NCBI RefSeq assembly: GCF_044704955.1
Contig: NC_091985.1
Location: forward strand, 41,230,001-41,294,000
Reading direction: 5' to 3'
From: Pristiophorus japonicus
Lineage: Eukaryota
DNA length: 64,000 nucleotides
How positions within the stretch are numbered: position 1 is the first letter of the stretch; every line of letters begins with the position of its first letter. This document shows, piece after piece, positions 62,701-64,000 of the stretch. Under the pieces are notes generated by a model. The model was not told the DNA's origin, did no database searches, and was given only the letters and a program-made list of their open reading frames with translations. A program made the translations under genes and the position numbers.

Positions 62701-63350
62701 ACACAGTCTAAGGATAAGGGGTAAGCCATTTAGGACTGAGATGAGGAGAAACTTCTTCACTCAGAGAGTTGTTAACCTGTGGAATTCCCGATCGCAGAGT
62801 GTTGTTGATGCCAGTTTGTTGGATATATTCAAGAGGGAGTTAGATGTGGCCCTTATGGCTAAAGGGATTTAGGGGTACGGAGAGAAAGCAGGAAAGGGGT
62901 ACTGAGGTAAAAGATCAGCCATGATCTTATTGAATGAGTGGTGCAGGCTCGAAGGGCCGAATGGCCTACTCCTGCACCTATTTTCTATGTCTATGTTTCT
63001 GTGGACCTAGCGCGCATGCACATCGCAGTGTTGGCTGCCCCGTGCTGCCCCTGGGCCCTCGGCTCTTCTGGGCCCCCTACCCTCATCTGTCACACTTAGG
63101 TCACAATCTTTCACCGCTCCTCCGCCATAAACATTCACTGCATCTCGCCACAAACACTCGCTGCTCATCCACCCCGGTCTTCCCACTCATTTGTACTTGG
63201 ACCCTGCCGATGTTCCTGCCCACACTCCAAAACAGCGACCGGGGTTTTGATGACGTTAGCCAGTCGCCCATCTCAAAATCCTTGGAGCAGCTCGCGCTGG
63301 AGGTTGAAATGGTATGCTGCTCCAGCTCTTTTATAGCCTGACCTGCGGAG
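59716..63350 (-). mobile_element. Bipartite RTE-derived non-autonomous element, split by the CR1 at 59955-62998
   Basis: RTE 3' end (cataggcagtccctcg..gacttgcttccac) joined directly to sequence matching the RTE 5' UTR at 5380-5560; GC-rich continuation after 63000 is inferred. Confidence 0.6.
59955..62998 (+). mobile_element. CR1 LINE ORF2 (EN and RT), long degenerate copy
   Basis: CLNARSIRNKVDEL..IGITET; VYRPPNS; SDHNMVEF; RT motifs; 3' UTR. Confidence 0.94.
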
Positions 63351-63518
63351 CTGTTCTCTCGCAGGTTGGGGGCCCACAATGTTAGTAAACATACACCAGA
63401 CTGAGCGATATGATTGCGGCTCCTCTGATCCACACTGGAGATTATTAGTGTGGACAGCCAATTCTAAGGGGATCTAAAACAGAAAGTAAAGATACACAAC
63501 TCTGAACATCATCCTATC

Positions 63519-63732
63519 TGATACACTCCTAATTAAGGATGAAACTGAGTACTGTGTACAATGAGCAAGTGTGACCTTGGCTCCTTTAATAAGACTCCAG
63601 AGTGCAGGTGCTTCGTGGGTGGCCTGCTTATATACCGTGCTCCCAAGGGATGCTGGGATCCCTTGGGACTCCAACAGGTAGGCCCTCTGGTGGTAGTGTG
63701 ATATAGGCTGCAAGGGGTTAAAATACATAACA
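63519..63732 (-). mobile_element. Solo LTR of the same Gypsy family as 35068-40466
   Basis: Reverse complement matches LTR 40254-40466; TSD ctatc/ctatt. Confidence 0.92.
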
Positions 63733-63934
63733 CTATTCTTGGATGAACTTTCATATTTTGTAAAGAAATAAAACACTGATTCATTTAATATCAACATTAT
63801 AAGCATTGAATCCATGGATTCCCAAGCACGAATCAGTATCAAATTCCTTTGTCCAGCAACTAGGATGGCAGATTAAAATCAATCCAGAATATTGCTAGAT
63901 GCTATTGTTCCCAGTTTCTTGCTCGTATGGATGA

Positions 63935-64000
63935 TATAAGAACATAAGAAATAGGAGTAGGAGTAGCCCCTATAGCCTGCTCTGCCATTTAATACGATCA
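63935..64000 (-). mobile_element. CR1 3' tail (runs off the window)
   Basis: ataagaacataagaaataggag... Confidence 0.7.

Overview
Eukaryotic, repeat-dense vertebrate DNA, most likely a cartilaginous fish. That host call is inferred from the SacSINE1/Deu-type SINE and the CR1/RTE/Mag-Gypsy repertoire. The window appears to lie inside the formin-2 gene (FMN2, + strand): one 88-bp FH2-domain exon is visible at 25807-25894 and the rest reads as intron. Most of the sequence is decayed CR1, RTE and L2 LINEs, Mag-clade Gypsy LTR elements (two full-length with TSDs), PIF/Harbinger-type non-autonomous elements, SINEs and a minisatellite. The main discovery is a heavily nested, degraded endogenous retrovirus on the minus strand (41819-58362). 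It has paired ~490-bp LTRs, a tRNA-Ser PBS, a PPT and a 5-bp TSD. Its gag carries PTAP, an MHR and two zinc knuckles and ends in an amber stop followed by a hairpin. It also keeps a retroviral integrase and an env that resembles the Mononegavirales-F-like envelope of lokiretroviruses rather than a gamma-type TM. Five younger elements are inserted into it and PR/RT/RNase H are deleted. A minimal Penelope-type hammerhead ribozyme motif is also present. All homology calls are from recognition by eye; no searches were run.
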